The position numbers and the translations under genes were made by a program. Source: Polyangiaceae bacterium (lineage in GTDB: Bacteria; Myxococcota_A; Polyangia; Polyangiales; Polyangiaceae). Taken from it: a stretch of 64,000 nucleotides of DNA. Of the stretch, positions 16,971-28,530 are shown piece by piece. The stretch is taken from contig JBGAKG010000005.1 of NCBI GenBank assembly GCA_044224495.1, forward strand, positions 236,711-300,710. Reading direction: 5' to 3'. The stretch's first letter is position 1. Every line of letters starts with the position of its first letter. Below the pieces are notes generated by a model, which was not told where the DNA came from, ran no database searches, and was given only the letters and a program-made list of their open reading frames with translations.

Positions 16971-17810
16971 TCAGCTACAGCTCGCCTTGGTGCGCCGCTC
17001 GGCGCACTCTTTTCCCGCCTCGGAGTCGGCCGAGATCTCGTGGCAGCGCGCGAGATCCGCGCACGCTTCCTGAGACTTCCCGAGCCGGACGCGGACGGTT
17101 CCGCGGTGAAGCCAAGCATCCTGGAGCTCCTGGCATTCCGGAGCGTCGACCTGAACCGCCTGCGTGAAGCTGCTCTCCGCCTGCGCCAGGTCGCCCTTCT
17201 TTTCGTAAGCCCAACCCAATCGATAGAAGCCGACGCAGAACTTGGGCTGCGTCACGGAGTTCTTGAGCGAAGCGATGCCCTCGTCGAGCGCACCCGCGTG
17301 GACCTGGGCCCAACCGTAGTTGCCCCACGCGAGGTGGACCGCGGCGTACGCAGGATCGTTCACGAGCGGCTTCAGGACCTCGATCGCTTCGGGGTAGCGC
17401 CCCTCGTTCACGAGGATCTGGCCGAGCGCGTTGCGCGCGTCGCGGAATTGCGAATCCTTTTCGAGCGCTTTGCGCGCAAACTTCTCCGACTCGGTGAGCT
17501 GGCAGTCGGAGGACTTGAAGCCCTCGACGCCGCTGCAGAAGGTGAGCGTGATCACCGCGGCGAAGTAGAGAGCTTTCGCGTTGTCGGAGTCGAGATCGAT
17601 GGCCTTGTGGATGTGATCGAGCGCGGTGCGGAGCTGGCCCTTGCCGTAGTACTCGCGCGCCAAGTCGTACTCCGCCTCGGACTGGCGCTCGGGGCTCTGC
17701 GCTCCCGGCGCCGACGGGGTCCCGCACGCGGCGATGGATGCCACGAGGCCCGCCGCCACGGCGAACCGGGATAGCGCGGAAACCAGGGGAAACGAGGGGG
17801 ACGAACGCAA
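16971..17810 (-). CDS. tetratricopeptide-repeat lipoprotein
   Basis: 279 aa; lipoprotein signal (LVASIAAC), several TPR units (ALDHIHKAIDLD..NAKALYF.., RDARNALGQILVNEGRYPEAIEVL). Confidence 0.7.
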   Translation of the reverse strand: MRSSPSFPLVSALSRFAVAAGLVASIAACGTPSAPGAQSPERQSEAEYDLAREYYGKGQLRTALDHIHKAIDLDSDNAKALYFAAVITLTFCSGVEGFKSSDCQLTESEKFARKALEKDSQFRDARNALGQILVNEGRYPEAIEVLKPLVNDPAYAAVHLAWGNYGWAQVHAGALDEGIASLKNSVTQPKFCVGFYRLGWAYEKKGDLAQAESSFTQAVQVDAPECQELQDAWLHRGTVRVRLGKSQEACADLARCHEISADSEAGKECAERRTKASCS

Positions 17811-17930
17811 AGCCGGGTAGCTTTGCTATCGCGTGACGGCCCGTCGCGTCAACGGGGAAGGGCCCCATGTGTTCAGGTGTGGGCTTACGGCGTATCCCCA
17901 ACTGCCCCGGATCCCCAGGGTTTTCGGGGC

Positions 17931-18662
17931 TCAGCGGGGCTCGCCGCGCAGCTCGTCCTTGGTGCCGAGCAGGATGTAGAGGCGGCGGAGGGCATCCAGA
18001 TCGGGGATCTCGACCTTCTCGCCCGAGATGCGCAGGTAGCCCTGCTCGCGGAGGCGCTGGACGCTCCGCTTCACGGTGTCCACGTCGAGCCCGACGCGGC
18101 TGGAGAGCTCGACCGGCGAGACCTGAATCTCGGCCAGGTTCTCGGTGGTGCCAGCGCGGTGCGCGATCTTGAGGAGCGCGCTGACGACCTTGAACTGGTT
18201 GTCGCGGAGGAGGAGGACCTCGATCTGGTCCTCGGCGTCGCGGACGCGACGGATGAGCTGCTCCATCACGCGGATGGCGACGGGCGGGTAGTTGACGAGC
18301 ATCGACCGGAACGTGCGGCGGTCCAGCGCGAGGGCGACCCCGTCGGTCAGGGCCACCGCGGTCGAGTTGCGGGCCGCTGCGTCGAGCAGGGCCGACTCGC
18401 CGAACAGATCGCCGGGCTTCAGCACGATGAGGCTGCGCTCGATCATGCGCACGCGCTTGAGGAGACGGACACGCCCCTCCTGGAGCAAGAACGCGTCGCC
18501 GGCGGCTTCGCCCTCCTTGAAGAGGGTCTCGCCCGCCGCGAACGACCGCCCGTACTTCTGGACGAGCCGGTTCTTCTCGCTCTCTTCGAGCGCGGTGTCC
18601 TCGTCCTCGCCACGCCGGGAATCCGCCATCGGTCCGCGAATGTACCCGGCTTTGGGCGCCAC
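17931..18662 (-). CDS. Crp/Fnr family transcriptional regulator
   Basis: 243 aa; cNMP-binding beta-roll (GETLFKEGEAAGDAFLLQEGRV), C-terminal HTH. Confidence 0.8.
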   Translation of the reverse strand: MAPKAGYIRGPMADSRRGEDEDTALEESEKNRLVQKYGRSFAAGETLFKEGEAAGDAFLLQEGRVRLLKRVRMIERSLIVLKPGDLFGESALLDAAARNSTAVALTDGVALALDRRTFRSMLVNYPPVAIRVMEQLIRRVRDAEDQIEVLLLRDNQFKVVSALLKIAHRAGTTENLAEIQVSPVELSSRVGLDVDTVKRSVQRLREQGYLRISGEKVEIPDLDALRRLYILLGTKDELRGEPR

Positions 18663-18663
18663 G

Positions 18664-19302
18664 TCACCGTGGCGTTCGGCGGTCGCGCACGCGCGCGGGT
18701 CCCGGCGCGCGCGCCGTCAGCGTGCCCTTGGTCGACGGCACGCCCCGGACGCGCGGCTCGATCCGAACGGCCTGCGCGAGCGACTTCGCCAGCGCCTTGA
18801 ACGAGATCTCGATCACGTGGTGCAAGTTTCGCCCGGCCCGCTGCTCGAAGTGCAGGTTGCACTGCGCCCCGCGCGCGAAGCCCTCGAAGAACACCTCGGC
18901 GAGCTCCGAGTCGAAGGTGCCGAGCTTGGCCTTCGGCAGCTCCATGTCCCAGACGAAGTAGGTGCGACCGCTGAGATCCAACGCGCACGCGACGCGCGCC
19001 TCGTCCATCGGCAAGAGCGACCAGCCGTAGCGCGCGATGCCCGCCTTGTCGCCGAGCGCCTGCCGGACGGCTTCGCCGAGCACGATCCCGAGGTCCTCGG
19101 TCGTGTGGTGCCCGTCGATCTCCGTGTCGCCCTTGGCCTGGACGGTGAGGTCGAGGAGCCCGTGCCGCCCGAGCTGCTCGACCATGTGCGAGAGGAACGG
19201 GAGCGGCGTCGTGATGTCCGTCGCACCGGTGCCGTCCAGGTCGACGGTCACGCGGATGTCGGTCTCCTTCGTCTTGCGGCTGATCGTCGCGCGGCGAGCC
19301 AT
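18664..19302 (-). CDS. hisB: imidazoleglycerol-phosphate dehydratase
   Basis: 212 aa from ATG 19302 (MARRATISRKTKETDI..); conserved 'DGHHTTEDLGIVLGEA' and 'HHVIEISFKALAKSL' motifs. Confidence 0.85.
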   Translation of the reverse strand: MARRATISRKTKETDIRVTVDLDGTGATDITTPLPFLSHMVEQLGRHGLLDLTVQAKGDTEIDGHHTTEDLGIVLGEAVRQALGDKAGIARYGWSLLPMDEARVACALDLSGRTYFVWDMELPKAKLGTFDSELAEVFFEGFARGAQCNLHFEQRAGRNLHHVIEISFKALAKSLAQAVRIEPRVRGVPSTKGTLTARAPGPARVRDRRTPR

Positions 19303-19358
19303 GATGTCCGGGCAGACTACAGGAACTTCCGCGCCTTCGTCGTGTCGGCAGGTGGGCG

Positions 19359-19916
19359 ATGGTCCATCTCGACCGACAAGCGCTCGCCCGGGCGCTCCGC
19401 GGGTCCCTCCTCGCGCGCGTCGCCGCATCGCTCGTGACCGCGTGCGCGGCGGCCACGCCGCCGCCGAGCGAGCCCGTCGTGCTCGACGCGCCCCCCGCGA
19501 GCGTGCCGTCCGAAGGGGCGCCGCTCGCCGAAGAGCGCCCGCTGCCTCCGCCGGCGCCGACGATCGTCGGGCCCCCGCTCCGCGTGTTCCACGGGACGGT
19601 GACGGTGCGCTCGACGTCGACGGTGGCGCTCGAGGAGTCGCGGCTCCTCGCCCAGGCGTTCGACGCCGAAGGAGCCCTCCGCCGCTGCTACGAGGCGGAC
19701 ATGCTCACCGGGGGGATGTACGCCTCGGAGATCGCGTTCCGAGTCGCGTTCGCGTGGGACGGCTCGGTCCTCGGAGCGGAGCGTGATCCGTCGTCGCCCC
19801 TCCCCGCCGGTCCCGTCGTGGACTGCATGGCCTCCGCGCTCGGGAAGCTGGTCGTGCCCCCGCACGGGCGAACGGGGCGCGCGGTGCTCCTGCTCGTGCT
19901 CCAGCCGCGCTCGTGA
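19359..19916 (+). CDS. hypothetical lipoprotein
   Basis: 185 aa; signal with lipobox LVTAC; Pro-rich linker; GC3-rich codons. Confidence 0.45.
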   Translation: MVHLDRQALARALRGSLLARVAASLVTACAAATPPPSEPVVLDAPPASVPSEGAPLAEERPLPPPAPTIVGPPLRVFHGTVTVRSTSTVALEESRLLAQAFDAEGALRRCYEADMLTGGMYASEIAFRVAFAWDGSVLGAERDPSSPLPAGPVVDCMASALGKLVVPPHGRTGRAVLLLVLQPRS

Positions 19917-19919
19917 GCG

Positions 19920-20774
19920 TCAGCGTCCGTCCAGGCGGAGCTCGCCGCGGCGGAGCGGCGGGCAATGGAAGTAGCTCCCCGTCAGCGGGCGACTGAAGCG
20001 AAAGAGCCCGTCGCTCTGACCGTCCTCGAGTCCGACCATCCGGCGGAGCACGCGCTCGTAGCGGTCGAGCGACTCACCGTAGGCGAGGAACAAGAGGCCC
20101 TTCTCCGCCGCCGTCATCCACGGCATCGAGCGGCGGACCATGAAGGCGGCGGGCTCGAAGCTCTCCTGCGCGGCGCGCTTCACGTGGGCGGTGGCCGGGG
20201 CGTCGGCGATCTCGGTGTCGTCCGCGAGGCGGCGGCCCATGATCGCGTCGCGCTCGGCCGGCGACCGCGCGCCGAACCACGCGAGGTCGTGCACCCAGCG
20301 CTGGACGGCGACGAACGTCGAGCCGTCGGGCGCGAGCGCGGCCGCAGCGGCGGCGTCGCCCTTGGGGTTCTCGGTGCCGTCGACGTAGCCGGAGAGGTCC
20401 CTGCCCTCGCGGTAGCGGAAGCACTCCGTGTCGTCGGCGATGGCGAACGCGTCGCCGGCTGCGGCGAAGACCGCGCGCGCCCGATCGTCGAGCTGGCCGC
20501 GGTCGGCGGCGTGGAGGAGCAGGAAGAGCGCGCCCTGCGTGCTCGGCACCGCGATCGCGCCGTGGGCGAGCGCCGGAAACGGGCGCAGCCCGGGGACCTC
20601 GCGACCGAGGACCGCGGCGAGCGGAGCTCCGAGCCCGGCGACGGTCGCCGTCGGATCGAGGAGCGGCGTCAGGGCGGAGAGCGCAGGCCGCGGATCGACG
20701 CCCGGGCGCAGATCGAAGACGAGGGAGCGCGCGAGCGCAGGGACGTCGCGCAGGATGCAGGGCTGAGCGGTCAT
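19920..20774 (-). CDS. Dyp-type peroxidase family protein
   Basis: 284 aa; Dyp-family motifs (GYVDGTENP, ferredoxin-like fold segments). Confidence 0.75.
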   Translation of the reverse strand: MTAQPCILRDVPALARSLVFDLRPGVDPRPALSALTPLLDPTATVAGLGAPLAAVLGREVPGLRPFPALAHGAIAVPSTQGALFLLLHAADRGQLDDRARAVFAAAGDAFAIADDTECFRYREGRDLSGYVDGTENPKGDAAAAAALAPDGSTFVAVQRWVHDLAWFGARSPAERDAIMGRRLADDTEIADAPATAHVKRAAQESFEPAAFMVRRSMPWMTAAEKGLLFLAYGESLDRYERVLRRMVGLEDGQSDGLFRFSRPLTGSYFHCPPLRRGELRLDGR

Positions 20775-20828
20775 CGCGCTCAGGATAATGCCTGTGCCGG
20801 CGGGAGCGGATGACTGCGCAAACAGAAA

Positions 20829-20865
20829 CGGGAACGGAACTTTCGTTCTCGTTCCCGTTTGGTCC
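20829..20865 (-). terminator. near-perfect nested hairpin (AAACGGGAACGGAAC-TTTC-GTTCTCGTTCCCGTTT) immediately 3' of tRNA-Leu, followed by U-rich tract on minus strand
   Basis: ~15-bp stem, 4-nt loop; on the minus-strand transcript followed by CUGUUUG; position fits intrinsic terminator of tRNA gene. Confidence 0.55.
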
Positions 20866-20881
20866 GTGAAGCGAACCTCTG

Positions 20882-20963
20882 TGCGAAGGGCGGGACTTGA
20901 ACCCGCACGGTGTTACCCGCTAGCACCTCAAGCTAGTGCGTCTGCCAATTCCGCCACCTTCGC
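20882..20963 (-). tRNA. tRNA-Leu (anticodon GAG), 82 nt with long variable arm
   Basis: Minus-strand sequence GCGAAGGTGGCGGAATTGGCAGACGCACTAGCTTGAGGTGCTAGCG...GGTTCAAGTCCCGCCCTTCGCA; 7-bp acceptor stem, TPsiC arm GGTTCAAGTCC, anticodon loop CTTGAGG; very similar to E. coli tRNA-Leu. Confidence 0.8.
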
Positions 20964-21005
20964 CGGTGATGAGGGCGCGGACAAAACCCGAATTTGACGT
21001 CGCCG

Positions 21006-22091
21006 TCAAGGGTTTCCGCGCGGCCTCGTACCCGGCCCCGTCGGAGCCGGCGTGAGGAGGAGATCCACGATCTCCTTCACCTCGAACGGCTTTCGCACGC
21101 ACTCGGTCGTGCCCCCGGTCGAGCCGAGCAGGTCGTCGGGGACGCGATCGGTGCTGCCCGTGACGAGGACGAAGCGCGCCGACGGTGCCTCGGCGCGCAC
21201 CCGCGCGTACGCAGCCGCCGGATCCCGCGCGATCGGCGAGAGGTCGGCCAACACCACGTCCGGCGCGCTCCCCGCGAGCGCGGCGAAGAAGTCCGTCTCG
21301 TTTCGGGTGCACGTGACCGTCGCCCCACGCGCCTCGAGCGCGCTCTCCAGGAGCTCCGTCACGTCCCGATCGTCCTCGACGACCAGGACCCGCATGCCCT
21401 CGAGCACCCGCAGGCGCGGGACCGAGCGCGGGGGCGCCTTCATCTCGATCGCCCGCGGCCACGTCAGGCGGAAGCGCGCGCCGTTCCCACCGGCGAGCTC
21501 GCGCACGAGCGCCAGGTCGCCCCCCGCGGCCCGGGCGACGGCCCGCGCGTGCCGGAGACCGACCCCTGCCCCGCCGTCCCGCGTGGACTCACCCTCGAAG
21601 ATGCGCTCCGCGCGCTCCTCGACGACCCCCGGCCCTTCGTCGACCACGTCCAGCACGACCCGCGAAGGCTCGGCGGTGACCTCGATCGCGATCGTTCCCC
21701 CGCGCGGCGCGTGCGCCAGCGCGTTCAGGACCAGGTTCGTGAGGATCGGCACCACGTCCTCGGCCACCGGGAGCACGGCCGTCCCCGTTTGGGACACGCG
21801 GAGCTTCATCCCCGCCCGCTCGATCTCGAGCTCGAGCATCTCCTCCACCGTACGGAGCACGTGCTCGACGGTCGCGTCGCCGGACTCCGGGACCCGCGCG
21901 CCGATCGCCCGCCGCGCCAGGTTGCGCGCGACGCGCGCGCGCTCCTCGACGATGCGGAGCGCGTGCTTCACGTCCTCCGGGGAGGCGCTGGGATCGCGCG
22001 CCTCGGCGATCCAGCCGAGGAGCACGGTCAGCGCGTTGGAGACCTCGTGCAGGGCGCCTTCGACGCTCTCGTGCGGGTCCTTCTCGCCCAC
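21006..22091 (-). CDS. hybrid sensor histidine kinase / response regulator (no sensor domain)
   Basis: 361 aa; H-box LHEVSNAL, HATPase G-boxes (DEGPGV, GAGVGL), C-terminal REC domain (VLVVEDD.., D..LAD). Confidence 0.75.
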   Translation of the reverse strand: MGEKDPHESVEGALHEVSNALTVLLGWIAEARDPSASPEDVKHALRIVEERARVARNLARRAIGARVPESGDATVEHVLRTVEEMLELEIERAGMKLRVSQTGTAVLPVAEDVVPILTNLVLNALAHAPRGGTIAIEVTAEPSRVVLDVVDEGPGVVEERAERIFEGESTRDGGAGVGLRHARAVARAAGGDLALVRELAGGNGARFRLTWPRAIEMKAPPRSVPRLRVLEGMRVLVVEDDRDVTELLESALEARGATVTCTRNETDFFAALAGSAPDVVLADLSPIARDPAAAYARVRAEAPSARFVLVTGSTDRVPDDLLGSTGGTTECVRKPFEVKEIVDLLLTPAPTGPGTRPRGNP

Positions 22092-23344
<1,253 letters not shown>

Positions 23345-23345
<1 letters not shown>

Positions 23346-24724
23346 CACTTCACCCCCTGGCGGAGCGTGTTGGGCGGTGGCAGCTCCGGCGGCGAGCTGC
23401 TGGACGCCCCCGAGACGAGGGCGCGCACGTCGACGCCGAGGAGCTTGCCCGTGTCCTCGAGCACCTTCGCGACGCTGACGGAGAAGGCCGACGCCACCGT
23501 GGCGAGGTTCTGGCCATCGCCGCCGTCCACGACCTCGAGCTCGCCGATTTCCATCTGCTGCACGCGCCGGACGGCGGCCGAGACCACCGACTCGAGCTGG
23601 GTGAGCACGTAGATGTCCTTCGCCTGCGAGCCGGCAGCGCTCCACTCGGCGAGGAGCAGCGAGAGCGCCTCGGCGGTCGCCTTGCCGTTCTCCGTGACGG
23701 GGGCCGCCTCGCCGCGTGCCCGCGCGGCCTGCGCGAGCGCGGAGGCCTCGGCGGGCAGGACCGTATCGACCTGGAGCGTGAGCTTCGCGAGCTCGGCGCG
23801 GAGGCCCTGGAGCTCCTGCTCGGCGAGCGCGCGCGCCGTCTCGGCGGCGACCTGCGCCTCGTTCTCGACCGCGACGGCCTCCGCCTCGAGCTTGGCGATC
23901 TCGGCGCGGAAGGCGTTGCGCCGCTGGAGGACCATCGCCTCGGCCTGCTGCTCCGCGCTCTCGGCGCGCTGGCGCGCCTTCGCCTGCTCCTCGCGGACCG
24001 CCTGCTCGGCGTTCGACTCGGCGTTCTGGCCGTCGCGGAGCATGTTCGCGATCTGCGCGCGCCCGAGGTTCTGGAGGTACTTCTGCTCGTCCGACACGTG
24101 CTGCACCTTCAGCACGTCGAGCTCGAGCCCGAGCTTGTCGAAGTCGTCCTTTGCGTTGCGGACGAGGGTCTCGGCGAACTTGAGCCGATCCTCGTTCACC
24201 TCTTCCGGCGTGAGCTGGGAGAGCACCTCGCGCAGCACGCCTTCGAGCGTCTGCTTCGCGACCATCAGCACCTGGTTCGGCGGCTGGCCGAGGAAGCGCT
24301 CGACGGCCTGGTGCACGTGGCGCGGGTCGGTCGAGATTTTCACGTTCGCGATCGCGTGGACGGCGAGCGGGATGCCGCCCTTCGAGAAGGCGTTCTGCAC
24401 GCCGACCTCGACGCCGTAGAGGCGAACGTCCATCCGCGAGACCTCTTCGAGGAGCGGGATGCGGAACGCGCGCCCGCCGTGGATGACCTTGAAGCCGACC
24501 GTCGTCCCGTTCGGGAGCTTGTGCTTCCGGCCCGAGAACACGAGGATCTGGTCCGGGCCGCAGATGTAGAGGAACCGGGAGACGAGGAAGACGATGGTCA
24601 GGAGGACGAGGATGATCGCGACGCTGATGCCGAAGCTCCCCGCGATGTCCCCCACGTCGACCGGCGTCTCGGCTGGCACTGGCTGAGCCGTCATGGCGAT
24701 CATGAAGCCCACGGTATCAGGCAC
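23345..24724 (-). CDS. flotillin family (SPFH/band-7) protein, paralog
   Basis: 459 aa; same architecture and clear sequence similarity to 22092-23345 product. Confidence 0.8.
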
Positions 24725-24727
24725 CCG

Positions 24728-25285
24728 CTACGACTTCAGCTCCTTCGGCGCCCGGCTCACGACGAGGGTCCCACCCTCGACCTCCTCGACCACCACCGTC
24801 TCGCCCTCGTCGAGGGGCTCGCTGGACTTCACGACGTAGTCCACGTAGGTCGCCTTCACCTTCAGGCGGGCCTTCCCCACCCCGCTCGCGGCCGGCGGCA
24901 CGACGATCCGTCCGACGAGGCCGACGAGATCCCTCTCGTCGGCGTGGCTCGAGGCCCCCTTCGTCTGGAGGCGCTGCACCACCGTCGCAGCGACGAACCC
25001 GCTCACGATCCCGAACGCACCTGCGATCACGGCGGCGAGCCACGGCGCGGCGAAGCCGAACAAAAGGAGCAACCCGCCGACGAGGCCGAACGAGAGCAGC
25101 GCGAACGCCCAGAAGCGAAGGCTGGCGACGACGAGGAGCGGCGACCCGTGGTCGCCCTCCGCGTCGTGCCCATCGCCGCCAGCGTGGAGCTCTGCGTGCG
25201 CGTCGGCGTCGTGTCCGCCGAGCACTTGGATCGCGAGCGCACCGAGGCCGACCAGGAACGCGCCGACGAAGATCGCGAGGAGCAC
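24728..25285 (-). CDS. NfeD-family membrane protein (YqiJ/YuaF-like)
   Basis: 185 aa; N-terminal TM segments, His/Asp-rich loop, C-terminal OB-fold-like beta region; classic position upstream of flotillin. Confidence 0.7.
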   Translation of the reverse strand: MLLAIFVGAFLVGLGALAIQVLGGHDADAHAELHAGGDGHDAEGDHGSPLLVVASLRFWAFALLSFGLVGGLLLLFGFAAPWLAAVIAGAFGIVSGFVAATVVQRLQTKGASSHADERDLVGLVGRIVVPPAASGVGKARLKVKATYVDYVVKSSEPLDEGETVVVEEVEGGTLVVSRAPKELKS

Positions 25286-25299
25286 CCCGCGATCCTACC

Positions 25300-26610
25300 T
25301 CACTCGGAGTCGATCGCGCTCGCTCCGTCGGCTTCGTTCTTCAGCACCTCGAGCGCCCGCTGGGCGGCCTCGAGGGTGATGTTGCGCGCCTCGACGATCA
25401 TCGTCGCCACGCGCTCGACGAGCGCGCCCTCGGCGCCGGCCGCGACCGCGACCGAACGTGCGTGGAGCGCCATGTGACCGCGCTGGATGCCGTCGGTCGC
25501 GAGCGCGCGGACCGCGGCGAGGTTCGAAGCGAGACCGACCGCCGCCGCGATGCCCGCGAGCTCCTGCGCGTTCTGGACGCCCAGGATGCGGAGCGAGAGG
25601 CGCGCCGCCGGGTGCACGCGGAGCGTGCCGCCCACGGTGCCGAGCGCCATCGGCAGCTCGAGGTTGCCGACGAGGAAGTCGCCGTCGCGGCGCCAGGTGG
25701 CGAGGGGTGCGTAGTGGCCCGAGCGAGCGGCGAACGCGTGGGCGCCGGCCTCGACCGCGCGCCAGTCGTTGCCGGTCGCGATCACGACGGCGTCGATGCC
25801 GTTCATGATGCCCTTGTTGTGGGTCGCCGCGCGGTAGGGGTCGAGCTCGGCGAAGCGCGAGGCGTTGACGATGCCGTCGATGACCTCGCCGCCGTCCATG
25901 TCGTCCGTCGCGAGCGACGCAGCCGGGACGCGGCAGCGCACGCGCACGCAGCGCCGATCGGCGAGGTTCGAGAGGATGCGCAAGCCGACGCGGCCGCCGG
26001 AGAGCGCGGCGAGGCGATCGGCGACGGACTCCGCGATGCCGTTGACGAGGTTCGCGCCCATCGCGTCGCGGCAGTCGACGATGATGTGGGCGACGATCAT
26101 CTCGTCTTCTTCGTAGCCGAGGATGCGGACCTCGATGTCGCGGGCGCCGCCGCCGCGATCCACGAGCCCGGGGACCGCGCGGTTCGCCATCGCGAGGATC
26201 TCGTCCTTCGCGCGGAGGATGCGCTGGCGGGCGCCCTCGCGGTCCTTCACGTTCGTGAGCTGGACCTGCGAGATCATGAGCGGCTCGTCGAGCGAGGCCT
26301 GGAAGCCACCACCGCTGCGGATCATCTTCGCCGCGTTCGACGCGGCAGCGACCACGCTCGGCTCCTCGACCACCATCGGGACGACGTGGTCGTGCCCGTT
26401 GACCCGGACGTTGAGCGCGACGCCGTACGGGAGCGAGTACGTGCCGAGCACGTTCTCGACGAACTTGTCGGCCGTCTCCTCGTCCAAGCCGCCGTTCTCG
26501 AGGGAACGCGCGACGTCGGGGACGTCGATGCCCGTCGCCTCGCTCACCAGCTGGCGGCGCTCGTCGATGCTGACCTTGTAGAACCCGGGGAATCGAGACG
26601 TGCGTGCCAT
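25300..26610 (-). CDS. mvaA: hydroxymethylglutaryl-CoA reductase, class II
   Basis: 436 aa; class II HMGR hallmarks (ENV.G, DAMGANLVN, GTVGG). Confidence 0.85.
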   Translation of the reverse strand: MARTSRFPGFYKVSIDERRQLVSEATGIDVPDVARSLENGGLDEETADKFVENVLGTYSLPYGVALNVRVNGHDHVVPMVVEEPSVVAAASNAAKMIRSGGGFQASLDEPLMISQVQLTNVKDREGARQRILRAKDEILAMANRAVPGLVDRGGGARDIEVRILGYEEDEMIVAHIIVDCRDAMGANLVNGIAESVADRLAALSGGRVGLRILSNLADRRCVRVRCRVPAASLATDDMDGGEVIDGIVNASRFAELDPYRAATHNKGIMNGIDAVVIATGNDWRAVEAGAHAFAARSGHYAPLATWRRDGDFLVGNLELPMALGTVGGTLRVHPAARLSLRILGVQNAQELAGIAAAVGLASNLAAVRALATDGIQRGHMALHARSVAVAAGAEGALVERVATMIVEARNITLEAAQRALEVLKNEADGASAIDSE

Positions 26611-26614
26611 GGGA

Positions 26615-27517
26615 TTACTGCTTGGTTACTCCTACGTGATCGACGGACAACGCGAGCTTTTTCCAACCGAGCCGCTCGGCTTCGTCGGTGAACGGTCGCG
26701 ATGAGGCGTCGAGGCCGAGGCGGACGAACACGTCCCCTCCCCCGGCGCCGGATGGAAGAAACACGGAGCCGGCCTGCTCTGCAAGGCCGTCGAGCACCAT
26801 CGCGTCTTCCGGAACGATGGGGGCATCGGCGCCCTTCGCCAAGGCCACGAGCGCGCGGTGTGCGTAGCGGCATTCGCGGACGAAGCCCGATGGATCACGT
26901 GCTTCGACCGCGCTCACCGCGCCGGCCGCCGCTTTCGCGAGATCCGTGAAGATTGCACGTTGCTCCGCGGGCGCGCGCGCTGCGAACGCATCGACGCGGG
27001 CACGCATGTCCGAGGTCCGCGCAGGCCGCCCGGCGGCCCAAGCCTCGACCACCAGGCCGGGCGGGAGCTCGACCCGGCGCGCCGTCCCGTCGACCGTGTA
27101 GACGAGGGTACCGCCGTGGACGCTCGCGGCGAGGTCGACGCCGCTGCCGCCGCCTTGGACCGCGGCGTGGGCCTCCCGCGCCCGACCGAAGAGCGCGCGC
27201 CGCACTCCGGCGTCGGCGAGATCGTCGCCGCGCGCAGCCGCCTCGCACCCGAGCGCGGCGACGAGCGCCGCGGCGCTCGACCCGAGACCGAGCTTCTTAC
27301 CATCTTGGTACAACGAGCTCGTGTCGACGCGAGGTGCCCGTGCGCGCGCGTCCGAGCCGCCTGGGAACGCGGCCGCGATCTCCGCCGACGGCGATGGATC
27401 GACGGCGGCGTCGTCCGCGACCGCGAACCGATCGACCGCCGAGACGATCGCCGGCGCGCCCTCGAGCACGACGTACGAGCCGGTCAACATCAGCTTGCCG
27501 GGGGCGCGGACCTTCAC
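26615..27517 (-). CDS. phosphomevalonate kinase (GHMP kinase family)
   Basis: 300 aa from GTG 27517 (GTGA overlap with upstream MVD stop); N-terminal 'RAPGKLMLTGSYVVLEG', GHMP motif 'LGLGSSAA'; upstream 1.1 kb of ORF 26615-28660 is Arg-rich artefact. Confidence 0.7.
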   Translation of the reverse strand: MKVRAPGKLMLTGSYVVLEGAPAIVSAVDRFAVADDAAVDPSPSAEIAAAFPGGSDARARAPRVDTSSLYQDGKKLGLGSSAAALVAALGCEAAARGDDLADAGVRRALFGRAREAHAAVQGGGSGVDLAASVHGGTLVYTVDGTARRVELPPGLVVEAWAAGRPARTSDMRARVDAFAARAPAEQRAIFTDLAKAAAGAVSAVEARDPSGFVRECRYAHRALVALAKGADAPIVPEDAMVLDGLAEQAGSVFLPSGAGGGDVFVRLGLDASSRPFTDEAERLGWKKLALSVDHVGVTKQ

Positions 27518-28530
27518 GGGCCCTCCCCGACGACGACGGTGGGCGCCCCGCCGGGACGCGCTTCGATCATGCGCAGCACGCCCGGCACGGCCGCCAGGTG
27601 CGCGAGCGCGGCCGGCGCATCGGCGCCCGCCACGAGCACCTTCACGTGCGGGCCCGCATCCATCGTCGCCCACGCGCCGACGCCGCGGGCGCGGAGCGCG
27701 AGGACCTCGTCGAGCACGGCGAGCGTCGGCGGGCGCATGTAGCGAACGCCGGCCGCGAACGCCGAGGCGTGCATCGCGAACGTGCTCCGCTCCATCAGCT
27801 CCCCGACCTTCGCGACGTCCTTCGCGAGCAGCGCGCGCTCGAGCTCGTCGGTCACCTTCGGCGCGTCTTCGACCCAGGCCGCGTAGAACGGGCTCGTTCG
27901 CGCGGTGACGTTCATCCCATCGCGGGACGACACGTCCTTCTCCTTCTCGCTCGTGACGCACACGAGGACCCGCACGTCGACGTGCTCGGGCGGTGCGATC
28001 GGCCGCGCCGCCAAGAGCTCGCTCGCGTCCCCGGTCTCGCGCCCGGCGTCGAGGCGGACGAAGCCGCCGAACAGACTGCGCGCCGCGCTCGCCGAGCTCC
28101 GACGGGCGGCGTCGCTGATCTCGGCCGCTTCCCACGGCGCGCCAATCGCCTTCGCGGCGGCGAGCGCCAGGGCGGCGAAGCCCGACGCGCTCGACGCGAG
28201 ACCGCTCGCGGTCGGGAAGTCGTTGGCAGTCTCGACCCGCGCGCGGAGCGACGAGCCAGCGGCCGCGCGCACGCGATCGAGGAGCTCGCTCGCGCGCGTC
28301 AGGGCATCGCCGGTCTGGACCTTGCCGTTCAGGACGAGCTCGTCGCCCGCGAGCGCCGGGTCGAAGCGCACGGACGTCTTCGTGCTCAGGCCGGCGAGGG
28401 TGACGGAGAGGCTCGGCACCGCCGGGTAGTTCCCCGGGCGGACCCGCTTGCCCCAATACTTGGCGAGCGCGATGTTCGAGTGCGCCGTCGCGACCGCGGC
28501 GCGCGCGGCGCCTGCGGTGGAGCCGGTCAT
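27514..28530 (-). CDS. mvaD: diphosphomevalonate decarboxylase
   Basis: 338 aa from ATG 28530; 'NIALAKYWGKR', 'TASGLASSASGFAALA' motifs; ATG overlaps mevalonate kinase stop (ATGA). Confidence 0.8.
   Translation of the reverse strand: MTGSTAGAARAAVATAHSNIALAKYWGKRVRPGNYPAVPSLSVTLAGLSTKTSVRFDPALAGDELVLNGKVQTGDALTRASELLDRVRAAAGSSLRARVETANDFPTASGLASSASGFAALALAAAKAIGAPWEAAEISDAARRSSASAARSLFGGFVRLDAGRETGDASELLAARPIAPPEHVDVRVLVCVTSEKEKDVSSRDGMNVTARTSPFYAAWVEDAPKVTDELERALLAKDVAKVGELMERSTFAMHASAFAAGVRYMRPPTLAVLDEVLALRARGVGAWATMDAGPHVKVLVAGADAPAALAHLAAVPGVLRMIEARPGGAPTVVVGEGP

Noticed and set aside
17831-17852. Weak palindrome GCGTGACGGCCCGTCGCGTCA downstream of the Crp/Fnr gene at 17931
   Set aside because: It is imperfect and its spacing does not match the TGAC-N4-GTCA boxes. 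It could be a terminator stem but there is no U-tract, so it is too weak to call.
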